Shown here piece after piece: positions 30,995 to 46,281 of a stretch of DNA of 64,000 bases; the first letter of the stretch is position 1, and every line of letters starts with the position of its first letter. The notes beneath the pieces are model-generated. The model saw only the letters and a list, made by a program, of their open reading frames with translations, ran no database searches and had not been told where the DNA came from. The position numbers were made by a program, and so were the translations under genes. Source of the stretch: the human T2T-CHM13v2.0 reference genome, Homo sapiens; the NCBI RefSeq assembly GCF_009914755.1, contig NC_060926.1, one strand, 5' to 3'.

Positions 30995-32774
30995 TAAAAT
31001 ATCATGACTGTATCTCTTTGTGACATTATAGATCTCATTGTGCCCAGGATGTAATCTGTGATATATTAAACTGTTCTGGTAGCTTTTAGCTATGCACATA
31101 ATCTTAAGTGAATAGTCTTAAGGCACTGTCTTACAGATCTATATTCTGACTAAAAGCTATGTTAACAATATGTAAGTCAAATCAAATTCCATCACTACCT
31201 CTCCCTTCCTCATGTGAAATCCATCCTACTCATTCACTAGTTCATTTTACAAACCATAGTATCATTTAACCTAAGGAACAATACAATTCAAAAAAATAAT
31301 TCCAGCACAACATACTGTAAATAACACCCTCTATGTAATAATAATAAAATTAAATCTGCTTCATAGCTTCTAGATAGTACCAGGCCACCTAACATATAGT
31401 AAAATGTATTAAAATATTTGTACCACTAAAAAAGGACCTATGAATTTTCAACAACTATAGTATTCGTACCACTAGATGGGAATCTTCTTTAGATATGATT
31501 AGAGCAGGACTATGAAAAGAATCACTGGTAGGAAAGAAGGGATGCTGAAAAAGAAATAACTAATAACACAAAAACAAAATATATAATACAAATCACATAT
31601 GTAAATGAAGGCTGGGCGAATTGTCATGAAACAGCTGTAAACAATAATATAAAATTCTTCCTGTGTATAAGTGAAAGAACATCCTATCTTCCCAATAACC
31701 CTTCCCCTTCCAAATAAAAATAAACATAAAAGATGTAAAACCAAGCCACTAATAGATTTTTTCCCTTCAAAGTACAAATGTCTCACAAGAGACAGTTAGG
31801 CCTATTTTTGTGTTCTATTATCCAATTCAATCCTAGGTAGCAATAATAACTATAAACACAAATGAAAACCTGGCTCTTATCCTGCCAGTGAACAAAGGGT
31901 CACTAAATAAAGAGAAATCTTATATGTTGCTAGATTTTAAATTAACTCTGAAAACAGGAACTACTTCCAAGTCTGACACATAAGCTTTTAAAAATAAATG
32001 AAAACAGTCAGAAGGTGAAATAAGGAGAAAACAGGGTTACTCACCGTGGAGTAGTAACTGTTTCCTTTTCTGTGTGCAGCTCCCCCAGCAGAGCTGGGTA
32101 GTTTCCTGGAGGTGCCAAGAGAGGTTAGCTAGCCCTGCCCCTCATTGCATAAGCAACACATCCTTTCACATATCAATGAAATGGTCTCACTATTAGACCT
32201 TAAGTATGAATTTCTTTGAGCGAAAAGTTAGTAAAAGCTGAGATCCTAAGGATGATTTAACTAAAAATGACGTAATAAATCTATCAGAGGAAAGGGGACA
32301 CAAAATAAAGGAATATTTTGAGATGAAAAATGACTCCTCTACCTTGAGTAACCCTGTTTTTTAGATGTTAGTTTTTTGCATCCTGTGATAGCTGGTTAGA
32401 CCTAAAAGATTATTTAGAGAATGGACTGCAAAAGGAAAAATTAATGATGATTTCAGGATTAAAGGCAAGGGTCCAAAATTCCTGTGACTCTGGAAAGACA
32501 TAATCCAACTTCCACATCTATAAAGGTAGAATTATGAGTATAAACTATACCACAAATATTTCTCTTAAAACATTATCTAAAGGTTCCAAGAGCAAAATAG
32601 GTCCTATTTTAAGATTAATTCAACAACCTGTGATATCTGACAAAACTGTTAAAAATTCAAACTGTTTTCAATAGTACGAAATAAGAAAAAAATTTATCCT
32701 TAATTACCCACAATTACTTTATTATATCCATCCTTTGAAACTGTAAAGTTTATAGTAAGTATAAGATATTTAGT

Positions 32775-33176
<402 letters not shown>

Positions 33177-33328
33177 TCAATCTCTAATATAAGAATATAG
33201 CACAGAAGACAGGTTTTCCCATTTAGTAGCCACTTCCCTGAACAATGAGATTTTAAGACCATCCCACATACCCTATTAGGACTAAGTTAGACATTCTCAC
33301 AGGAAAACTAAAAAGTAACCTAAGCTTT

Positions 33329-33767
33329 GGCTGGGCGTGGTGGTTCATGCCTGCCAGTAATCCCAGCACTTTTGGATGTGGAGACAGGCAGATCGCCTGA
33401 GCTCGGGAAATTGAGACCAGCCTAGGCAACAAAGCGAAATCCTATCTCCACAAAAAATACAAAAATTAGCTGGGCATGGTGACCCACGCCTATAGTCCCA
33501 GCTATTCGGGAGCTGAAGTGGGAGGATCACTTGAGCCCAGGAGATGAAGGGAGCAGTGAACCAAGACTGTGCCACTGTATTCCAACCTGGACAACAGAGC
33601 AAGACTCTATCTCAAAAAAAAAAAGGCTGGTGTGGTGGCTCACACCTGTAATCCTAGCACTTTGGGAGGCCCAGGTGGGAGGATCACTTGAGCTCACAGA
33701 CCAGTCTGGGCAACACAGTGAGACCTTGTCTCTCTATATTTTTTTTAAAGTAGAAGAAAAAAAAAAG
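33329..33767 (+). mobile_element. AluJ-like dimer followed directly by a left-monomer/FLAM-like element
   Basis: Second ggctggtgtggtggctcacacc begins right after the poly-A at about 33625. Confidence 0.85.
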
Positions 33768-33919
33768 AAGTAAACTAAGCTTCTAGGGTCTTTTTGTTTG
33801 TTTTGTTTTTTTATCACTGTACTCTTCTTCCAGAAGACAAAGACTACTAATACACACACGGCAATCTTAATACTAAGTAATCTGACAAAAAAAAATTACA
33901 GCAGCTAGAATTTTATCTA

Positions 33920-34437
<518 letters not shown>

Positions 34438-36521
34438 TCTTATGAATTGCTATGTGCGTCTAAAAACTGGTCTGGTATTTCAGAAAATGCATAATGTCTC
34501 CTGTCTCCTAATACCACAGCCAAACTGTTATTAACAATAGATATTTTCCTCAGACATCTTAGACATTACACTAAAATATTCATGACAATTATGTGTTTCA
34601 TTTTCTCCCTGACCTAGTATATTTTCCCATTTCCTATGGAGCAACTAATGTGCTAAGTTAATTCTCTTTCTCTACTAGTTTCAAATTGATCTGCTGATAA
34701 TCACCATAAATCATGCTACAGATATTCATTCTTCACACCAGGCAGTATGAATTCGTATCACAGAACAATGGGACCATTTATTGGAATTACTGTATTAGTT
34801 TTTTCAAATCAATTTAGATTTAGAAGATTTGAACAATTACTAACCTATATTAAAATAAGCATTTTAGAAATTTTAAAGGCTATTTTATTTTATGGTACTT
34901 TATGAAATTAACCATCTGTTAAAAAAAAGTAAAAATGTTACACATAGGAAATAAATGTAAAAAGCTATACTTTGCCAAAATAAAGTTTCAGCTGAAGGTA
35001 ATGCTAGTTATAAATTAAATACAATTCTATTAAGAACTTGCAAAAGTCAAAGGAAGACGGAAAACTCCCTCTTTTGGCAATTCAAAGGCAAAGACCTGTT
35101 CATTTATTCTTAATTTTACTTTATACAATCATTATCCCCCACAGATACATGTAACTAAAAAGAACCCTAAAAATACGTATTATTCAATTATTTTTAAAAA
35201 TTGAAGTTTTATTGTTTTATTTCATTATATTATTATCAGGAAGCATTTTATATTTTAATCTATATATGTTTAAATAAATATACATATATTTAATATAGAT
35301 TTTTATTACTTCATCATATTATTACATTAAATTTTCACTCTAAATGTGCAAGTGCTAAAACGCAAAACCTTTCAGGCTAAATTTATCTTTTCCTTTTTAA
35401 CTTTTCTGGGAAAAGCAGATAAAAGGATACTCAGGATCAATTTTATAGCTTATAATATATAGTAATATAAACTAATAGTCTGCATCATATGGTATTCATA
35501 AGATTATCATAATATATTCTTTTCCTTATTAAAATGCACTTCATTATAAAAAATCTAATTGGCTTTGTAATAATCAAATATATGAAGCTTTTGTCATGAT
35601 GCACATTTATTTCAAAGGATAAAGCCTTTTGCTTCAATTCACTATTACAGTGTACATGGCATCAAGATACAGGCTGATACGAACTGCAAGGAAAATCCCT
35701 TGGCCTCTTTAGCTGACCCTTCAGCAGTGCATCCTAATGATTACTCAGTACTAAAAATTTACTAACATTAAAAATACATGCTTTTGCTCTTAGATAAATT
35801 ATTGGATTAAATGACCACAATTCTAATTGTTGACACCTTCAAGCAGAACTCAATTTGCTGATGTGCAAAGTTTGTTAAGTATGAAATAGCTTTTTGCCTG
35901 CCATAAAAGGGTCAAGTTCTTACTGTATTACACACTGTTAAGATCATAGGTGAAAATCGAAACAATTTTTGAAGCCTCTTATTTTTAAATATTGTTCAAA
36001 ATCAATCTTTTTTAACAAAAATGAATTCTGGTACAACTGCGCTTATATCAAACAACAAAACTAATGAAAAACAAAAGTTCTTTAAAAAGAATTCGGCAAA
36101 TTCCTAAACACACTTATAACAGATTTCCTTACCTGAAATGACCCTAACTTCTCCTTCTTAAACTTAATAATCTAAAAAGTTCAATGCCTAAGAACAGTTT
36201 TTGGAGTGAAAAAAATGGGAAATGCATGACACCAAACAATGACTACACAAAGTATGGGAAAGACATGTAGCCACATTTTGAAACCACTTCTTGAGGCTTT
36301 TTAACGTTTTTGTTGGAAAATCAGTAAATCATTTTCCCCTTTGTGTTTTTTGAGAGGGAAGAGAGGGCACTTACTCATTTGAATGTGATTTACATGTGAT
36401 TTCATTAACTTGCTTAGTAACAAGATATTGATGTTGAAAAAAATGGTCTTAGTATATTTAAATTATTATCTATCTGTTTAATAATTAAGCTAAAATTAAT
36501 ATATACTGCTGATTTTATTCT

Positions 36522-36785
<264 letters not shown>

Positions 36786-37322
36786 CTGCTGATTTCATTC
36801 TAACTTAATTTTTTTTCACCTTAAATGGCGGAGCTAACAACGGATTCAATTTAGCTATTCACTCGAAGTAATAATACTCTGAAAAGCACTTAAAAAATCA
36901 TAAAACCAATTCAAAATCATAATGAATAAGATTGAAGAAATCTTTTTTTTTAAAGTTTTTTGCTACAAAATTCTGAATCAACATTTGCTACAGTCAAAAC
37001 AAAGCAGTATTTTTCCTTTTTAAAAGAACAGCATTTATCTTAATTAACTCAGTAAACTAAGAGACTAACTTAATATCTCCACATTTGATATTTTAAAATT
37101 AATACCTAAAGTTATTCTATCCTGGTACCATGTGAAAATCTGAATAAAGCCTTCAGGTTTATAAATCTAAATTGTACCTCTGGTATTTTTGACCTTAACA
37201 GTGACAAATAAAAAGGTTAAAGTGATACAGAAATAAAAGCAATAACAACAACAAACCAATAACTCATTAAGTGACTAAGACTTAAAATATATGTTAAGTG
37301 GAAAACAGTTATTTTTACTTAC

Positions 37323-37418
37323 AAGTTAGTAACTGGCTCTCCTTTCAACGGAGGTAGGAGGTTTCCAGAGCCAATTAAACAGTTGTGCACTATAGTCAGA
37401 CTCTGTAGAATATCATCT
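37323..37418 (-). CDS. PSME4: PA200 exon 20 (96 nt): [31 protein letters not shown](L)
   Basis: poly-T plus ctag acceptor and gtaagt donor. Confidence 0.95.
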
Positions 37419-38364
37419 CTAGAAAAAAAAAAAAGACATTTTCATATTTCCAAATCCCTATTTAATAAGCCTGCTAGAGCCTAGCACAGAAGTTTTCTCA
37501 CGTGGGGATATAAATGATTAAGGTAAAGAAATAGCAAATGTCTTCAGTTTACCAACTTAACAGTGAAGAACAATTAAATATATATTTATTGCTAACACTA
37601 TGCCTGCTTACATTTAAACAGGCTCTAAGTAAATCACAAGTAACAATAATTAACTGCCCTTTGTGAAACAACTGTTAATTTAAGCATCCCTTTACCAAAG
37701 ACCACTGCCACTAACAAAAAGAGGAAATAATGCTACAGAAGATCTTCCAGCTTATTCCATCTTTTAAAAATGGGACTAAACATTTACTTCCAAAAAGCAG
37801 TTCAGAGTACGACAGAGTTGATGTTAGTCAGTCACACTTCTTTCTCCAAGTGCATTCTTAAATCTGCTTATGAAAAATTTGTGGTGTTTGATACATTAAT
37901 TTTCTTGCTATTATTTTAGAAACTTTCAAACTATGAAAGTCTAATGGTTTCAAATACTTATTTCTTGTTAAATACCTGTGGGAGAGGGAAAAAAAAATCT
38001 CATAAAAATAATTCTTAAAATAAAATTTTGAGAACCCAATAAAATCTTAGCTGAGTCTAGGAAAACAGGCATTCCTTTCAAAGGAGGCATATCTACACAC
38101 ACCTTCCAAAAGACAAGTGAAATTGCTAAGTAGAAGGTAATAAAAAAAATTAGAAAAAGAAACCCACAATTTTTGGGTTTAAAATGTTTAAATGTTGTTA
38201 AATTTTCTGTTATACAACATTATATTAAATGATTTTCTAAGTACATGTATAGCAGATTTTCAAAACACAATTGAAAATTAATACATGAGATATGCCACAG
38301 ATAAAGCCAAAAAAGACTTCTTTAGTCTGCAACTGAATAACTCTAATTATAAAATAAAACCAAC

Positions 38365-38522
38365 CTAGACATTTCAAGTTTTCCATCCCCACAATGCTGG
38401 AGTTTGACGAGCTCAGGCTGAAGAAAGGAGTCCAAAAGATAAAAGGCAAAAGACACTTCTTCTGAAGAAGGAACATGCCACTGGATTCCCAGATTCCACA
38501 AGTCCCCGGGTTTGCCCCAGTC
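38365..38522 (-). CDS. PSME4: PA200 exon 19 (158 nt): [22 protein letters not shown]...KLEMS(R)
   Basis: tctag acceptor and gttggt donor. Confidence 0.94.
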
Positions 38523-39060
38523 CTAGAAGAGAACAGCATCTACTCAGCAAGTTGAGAAATTAAAAACAACAACAACAAACCCACATACATATACACAATT
38601 TTTAAAATTTAAAAGAAAATGTACACATAATCCAAACCTAAGGTAGCAAATGATATACAAAAAAGTAGCATGAAAACAACATCTTACTGCCTCTTCGTTA
38701 TCACTCCTGAAAAAAGTCTCCCCGAAGAGTACTCATTATAATATGAGTTTGCTCTAAGAGTGATACTGTAAGAGTGATGATGAGTTTAAGTGAGGCTTAG
38801 TTTAGCAATAAAATTATATTGAACTATAGACATTAGATAAGGAATATATACCAAGTTGTTTCACATATCAATAGGAAAGAAAACTAGAGTTTCAGTTCCA
38901 TGCAAAGTGAGACAGCACAAGTTTCACATATTCCAATAATAGTTTCAATAATCTATCTTAAAAGTAAAAAACTAACATATGCAAGAAAAAATAACACTTT
39001 GAATCCCTTAAAACAAAAAATCAACATATTCTTGAATCCTAAAGTACTGAAAATGCTTGC

Positions 39061-39276
39061 CTTGATAGGAAAGTATTCAGAAGGAGGCTTGTCAAAGCCA
39101 CCTGGCACACTGCAGTATTCTGTAGGGTAGATAAGTGTGGTAGAACGGAGAAGATGATGCAAAAGGTTACAAGACAGAGTGTAACCCTGCTTACAGGTTA
39201 AATGTAGGGTTCTTTGGAGAATCTTTACAAGCTGCTCCCTATAAAGAAGCAACTTCCTTCCATCCACTCGAGTAAT
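39061..39276 (-). CDS. PSME4: PA200 exon 18 (216 nt): [14 protein letters not shown]...PSEYFPIK, ending at a GC donor
   Basis: ORF 38953..39267; tttag acceptor; AAG|gcaagc donor needed to join in frame to DWGKPG. Confidence 0.93.
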
Positions 39277-39514
39277 CTAAAAGGAGGGAAAAAATAGTTG
39301 AAGATATTTTGGTTAAAAGAACAAGAACCAATCATTAATGCAAACTTCAATGTTTGGCCACTAACATAGTGTTTCTCTAAATGACTTTAATTAATTTTAG
39401 GATTGTCACTTTAACTGCATTCTAATAATTAATTGTTTTTTAAAATCAAACACATTTTCTGAGCTTAAGCTTTCATGCACCATAGTAACATCCCTTTCAA
39501 AAGAGTCTATTCTA

Positions 39515-39717
39515 TTCAAGCAATTCTCCTGCCTCAGCCTCCCAAGTAGCTGGAATTACAGGTACACGCCACCATGCCCAGATAATTTTTGTATTTTTAG
39601 TAGAGACAAGGTTTCACCATGTTGGCCAGGATGGTCTCTAACTCCTGACCTAGTGATCCGCCCGCCTCGGCCTCCCAAAGTGCTGGGATTACAGGTGTGA
39701 GCCACCACGCCTGGCCC
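39515..39717 (-). mobile_element. Alu, 3'-truncated
   Basis: Begins at ttcaagcaattctcctgcc; no tail. Confidence 0.9.
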
Positions 39718-39754
39718 TAATTAAACTTCTGAAAAAAATGATAAAGAAAACTGA

Positions 39755-40456
<702 letters not shown>

Positions 40457-40700
40457 TTAATGAGTTACCCATATTAGAATTAACTGGTAAAACTAAGTAG
40501 ATGGCTGAACATGCAGTGATCAACTACACCACTCCTTTGACAATAAGAGTATGACATATTCTGATCTTCTGAAGCCTCATCAAATTTCCAAAACTCTGAC
40601 TTTTCATATGTTTTAAAGTCATTTTGTCAGAAAGAGCTAAATCCTAAAAGCAAGTCAGTGTTTTCACAGTCATGTTTCTTATTCCAAAGATTTACAATAC

Positions 40701-40768
40701 CTCAGACAAAAGTTGAAGATTCCATAGTAATTCCTTGTCTAGCTCTTCATCATTTAATACATCATCAT
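40701..40768 (-). CDS. PSME4: PA200 exon 17 (68 nt): [22 protein letters not shown]
   Basis: tttag acceptor and gtattg donor. Confidence 0.95.
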
Positions 40769-41232
40769 CTAAAAACAGCAAAATACTATTAGGGGGAAAA
40801 ACCTATGCATTCAACTAAATATAGCATTTTAAAATACTTCTATTTAATATTTCCAATAGCTGAGGAAAACCTCTTTTAGGAAGACTTTTTATTTCTTCTT
40901 CATGAAGCTGAGCTTGTTCCAAAAGGAGGTAGAAACAGAATTTTCAAGAAAATAAACACACCAACCAAGACTTCTGCCCCTCTATATCTCACAAAATAAC
41001 TGATATTTTTGAAGGTAACCTCTGAATGGTGGTTGTATAAGAATATTAATAAAGTAACATTTTTAAGCTACTGCCAACCTGGATGATATCTTTTTTGGAG
41101 ACAAATTTTCCCCAAATTGCCAATCAAAATATTGTGAAGCTAAAGGAATCTGTTGTCATTAACAGAGTTTTAGAAACCAAGAAAAAAACTTATCCAAAAT
41201 TGTAAAGAGAGAATAATGACCTTATGACTTAC

Positions 41233-41302
41233 TCATTGTAAGCTGAGTTATAACACTGCAGCAGTGGGGAACAAAGAGCTTCAAAGATTCTTCTGGGCAG
41301 CA
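41233..41302 (-). CDS. PSME4: PA200 exon 16 (70 nt): [23 protein letters not shown](N)
   Basis: ttcag acceptor and gtaagt donor. Confidence 0.95.
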
Positions 41303-41504
41303 CTGAAAATGTATTTGTATAAGTAAGGCTTTTTTGAAAGGCAAATATATACAAGATTATATTTTCAGTGGCAGTAAAAGGCTGTAAATAAGCAGCTACT
41401 GAAAGAACTATGCATTTTAAGCATAGAAGCACCTCTAATAATTAACCATATAAACTAGTTGATTGTTGAGTCATTAATACATCAGTTCAAAAAAATAAAC
41501 TCAC

Positions 41505-41603
41505 CTTTACAGCAGCGCGGCACATGTCTGCCACCATGCGACCTGCTACTCTTGTTTCAAATATATGTGAAGTAGAAAAATTAAAAACCTTCTGAAGGGC
41601 CAC
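41505..41603 (-). CDS. PSME4: PA200 exon 15 (99 nt): [33 protein letters not shown]
   Basis: cag acceptor and gtgagt donor. Confidence 0.95.
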
Positions 41604-41799
41604 CTGTTAAGATATGAAAATGTTTAATGAGCATTTTTTAAGAAAATTAAACATCTTACAGAACATAAAAGAAAATGATAAATATATTTAGACAATTCCA
41701 AAAATAAGCCCATAGGCAATTTTTAACCATCTGATTTTATAAGAATTTGTTTAATGATGTTACATTCAGGTCTAAGAACAATCTTTGCCCACGATCCTA

Positions 41800-42247
<448 letters not shown>

Positions 42248-42780
42248 TCATCCTGACAACTACAAACTAGACATCTATCCTTACCCTAAAAGAACTGAAG
42301 CAGTCTGTTTATTTTACAGTCATGTCACAAAACTTTAATTTACTTGCTCAATGGAAGAATGAGTTCTATACCTGGGTTAACAATACTGAAAAGTATAAAC
42401 AACTCTTTTTGGTTAAATAAGAGATGATTTGTGTTCATTTCTTTATACTAACATAATCATAGTATTTATTTCACACAGCTATAAGGCAGTTTGGCTTCTA
42501 GGATTAACATATTTAACAGTGATAATTACAGATGATGGGAGAAGAAACAGAAATGAAAATAAAGTGTAGTCTTAAAGGCTACAGATAATAGGTACCACAT
42601 TACAAATAATAGGTACCAACCAATATTGAATTAGTGAATGCTTACTGAATGTCTTATGAAGATAACTACTTCTAATCCATCAGTTAGTCTTAGGATTTAA
42701 TTTCTATCATGGGAGTGATGTCATAAGCAATTTCTAAAACTCAGCTGAGTAACTGTTTTTAATTGTAAAATTAAAAAATA

Positions 42781-43570
42781 CAGTTGTTTCTTTTTTTTAT
42801 TTATTATACTTTAAGTTCTAGGGTACATGTGCACAACATGCAGGTTTGTTACATATGTATACATGTGCCATGTTCCTGTGCTGCACCCATTAACTCGTCA
42901 CTTACATTAGGTATCTCTCCTAATGCTATCCCCCCTGCGACAGTTGTTTCTTGTTGTTCATGGTAGTCATGTTCTATAAATTTGCTGTGACCACTGAACT
43001 AGCAAATACTGAACCATTGCTCCCAGGGGAAATACAGGATTATGTTCCTGTGAACCTATGGTGACAACATTTTCATCAACTGATCAATACATAATCCTAA
43101 GTGTGATTCTGTTTACAGACAACTTATTTAATACATATTGTTGATTCACTAACATTTAATCCGCAGTCAACAGCAACATAACTCATGCCTGTTGACGCTT
43201 ACCTAGCACAGTGTTTTTTCCATTAGGCACAGCACAACTCTCTTATGCTTAGGAACCCTCAACCACTTTAAACAATAAACTCTTGGGAGCCATTTTTGAC
43301 ATTTTTAAACAGCAGAATCACCAATAAGAAGCAAAAAAATGTAAAAAAGTGGCATTAAATAGATCGCAAAGGGGACAGTTGTTTAAGTGGAGCTGGATAT
43401 AAGACGGCAGAGTGCCTCGTTTGCTCTCAGCTGAGAACACATGGCATATGTGAGATCAAATTTAAGTAACTGAATTTTTGTCAGTCGCAAAAGCTTGATT
43501 CTCAGGTTGCAAATAGTTAGAGCAAACAGGTAAATTTGCAAATACGAAATTTGCAAATAATGAGCAACTG
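42781..43570 (+). mobile_element. MER82-like TcMar-Tigger element
   Basis: ta|cagttg ... caactg|ta termini; internal gcaaatactgaaccattgctcccaggggaaatacagg. Confidence 0.8.
42792..42939 (-). mobile_element. 5'-truncated L1PA 3' end (about 150 bp) with TSD acagttgtttctt
   Basis: ttattatactttaagttctagggtacatgtgcacaac is the reverse complement of the primate L1 3' terminus; repeat at 42780 and 42940. Confidence 0.92.
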
Positions 43571-43704
43571 TACATTTCTTTAAAACTTTAGTATGAATGT
43601 AAATGATAAACTGCATGATATACACAAAGTAACTTGAAGTCAATTTTAAAACATCAAATGAAACTTAAAAGCTGGAAGTTTATTTTTTGCAGCAATGTTC
43701 TTAC

Positions 43705-43855
43705 CATAAATATTTCTTTGGAACATTGGGTGAGGATTGTACTAAACGTAGAAGACAGACCTAATTCGACCAAACTCTCCAAGTGTGTCATTTTCTCAGT
43801 TTCTGTCTCTTCTCTTGTTTGCTCCAATGTGCTACTTTCTATAAGTCCAAAACAT
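43705..43855 (-). CDS. PSME4: PA200 exon 14 (151 nt): [16 protein letters not shown]...CSKEIFM
   Basis: ORF 43654..43872; tag acceptor and gtaaga donor. Confidence 0.95.
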
Positions 43856-44124
43856 CTAAATAATCCAAACAAAGCATAATTTCAGCAACTAAAATCTGGT
43901 TTGACATTTTTGGTGGTCATCAGGTAACTCTCTATTGTCCTAATTATTCAAGTGACAGCTACTTAATTTCTACGTGGTTCACAAATCGATTATCCTTTTA
44001 TAACTTCAGGAGCACCAGTAGTAGCTAAATAAAGGTTATAATGCAGAAATAAACTAAACTTTCTGGGATAGAAGAGTCATTTTCTAGAATTTCAGCTAAA
44101 CGTTGGTGTGGGTTACAAGCTCAC

Positions 44125-44189
44125 CTGTCCATAAACTGTAAGACGAAATCCTCAAATTCAGCTGTGGCTGAACAAAGTTCTCGTTCCAC
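44125..44189 (-). CDS. PSME4: PA200 exon 13 (65 nt): VERELCSATAEFEDFVLQFMD(R)
   Basis: tag acceptor and gtgagc donor. Confidence 0.95.
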
Positions 44190-44540
44190 CTATAATATCC
44201 CAATATGGAGAAAGATTACATATAGCCTTTGTTTTTTTTTCCTGAACTAACAAAACTCAATTATTGCCTGCCAAATGTATCCACACTAAACCATTATATT
44301 GGGTACTATGAGAAACAGCACCATGCTAGACTTCATCTACTACTTTCAATTTAGAACAACTTCATCTACCACTTTCTAGGAACCAAAGAAAGAAGAAATT
44401 AATGTTATTTTACAAGGGCCAAATACAGAAGTCAAGCAGCTATCTTTATTATAAATTCAGTTTTCAAACTGCTGATTTTTGCAAAGTCTAGTCTCTCACT
44501 ACCTGAATGTCCAGAAAAATATAAACAATAACATGCTCGC

Positions 44541-45168
<628 letters not shown>

Positions 45169-45558
45169 AAGTTTTGAAAGAGCCAGACAGAAATGAATGA
45201 AGAAAATCTTTCTTCATTAAATGTCAATCCCTTGGACAGATTTATTACTAACCTAAGATGATAGAAAAATAAAATATCACCATCTTTTGCTTAACAAAAC
45301 ATTGAAAAGTGACATAAAACTGAAATACACCTCCAGATGTCAGATGTTTATAGAAACAGCCTATTTTTGAGCCACCTCCTGTGGTGGGTGCTCTGTAGAC
45401 TCTCTTGCCAATGATGTCCTGGCCCTCCATATGTACCATTCTAGTCACAAAATAGTGATTTTACTTCCAAAGTCGTTTCTAAACTGTCAAGTGTTACTAT
45501 GCATATGCAATAATAATTAGAACATCTTAGCCCTTTTATAACCATAAAATACCCTTAC

Positions 45559-45648
45559 TTCTGTGAGGTCATTTCTTTCTTGTAGTACAGATGAACAATC
45601 TACTAAAGGCACCAGAGTAGAAAATGTTGCTATGAACTGGAATGTGAT
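45559..45648 (-). CDS. PSME4: PA200 exon 12 (90 nt): [30 protein letters not shown]
   Basis: cag acceptor and gtaagg donor. Confidence 0.95.
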
Positions 45649-45828
45649 CTGTGGAAACATACAAAGGATTTTCAACATTACATAATTCTAATTCAGAAAT
45701 ACAAGTATACCATGAACTACAATAAATTACCCCAATAAATTATCTTGATCAAAATCCCACAACAGTTTTTCTGGGTATTCCTCATTTAGAATTGAACACT
45801 GTAAGGTTCTTCATAATTAACTAGCTGT

Positions 45829-46134
45829 CGGCCGAGCGCAGTGGCTCACACCTGTAATCCCAACACTTTGGGAGGCTGAGGCGGGTGGATCACTTAAGGC
45901 CAGGAGTTCGAGACCAGCCTGGCCAACATGGTGAAACCCTGTCTCTACTAAAAATACGAAACCCAGCCAGGCATGGTGGCGTGTGCCTATAATCCCAGCT
46001 ACCCAAGAGGCTGAGGCAGGAGAATTGCTGGAACCCAGGAGGTGGATCACAGTGCAATGAGCCGAGGTCGCGCCACTGCACTCCAGTTTAGGTGACAGAC
46101 CAAGACTCCGTCTCAAAATAAATAAATAAATAAA
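45829..46134 (+). mobile_element. Alu (AluS-like) with (aaat)n tail
   Basis: Full dimer. Confidence 0.92.
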
Positions 46135-46281
46135 CAACTGTTACTTTAATAATTAAATTATACAACATTTATTTTCATATTTATATTAGGCTTATGCACA
46201 AACTTCTCCAACCTTTTGTCACTGAGAAGTTTACTTTGCCTCCTACCTAAATACGGAGTGTATAATCGCCAATATACTCAC

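Noticed and set aside
34740-35320. Several minus-strand AATAAA hexamers suggesting intronic polyadenylation
   Set aside because: The region is extremely AT-rich, so these hexamers are expected by chance, and no cleavage site can be inferred from sequence alone.
38727-38790. Hairpin actcat-tataat-atgagt and a C-box-like gtgatga in intron 18
   Set aside because: The stem is short and AT-rich, the C-box is antisense to the host transcript and no suitably placed D box was seen, so a snoRNA is not supported.
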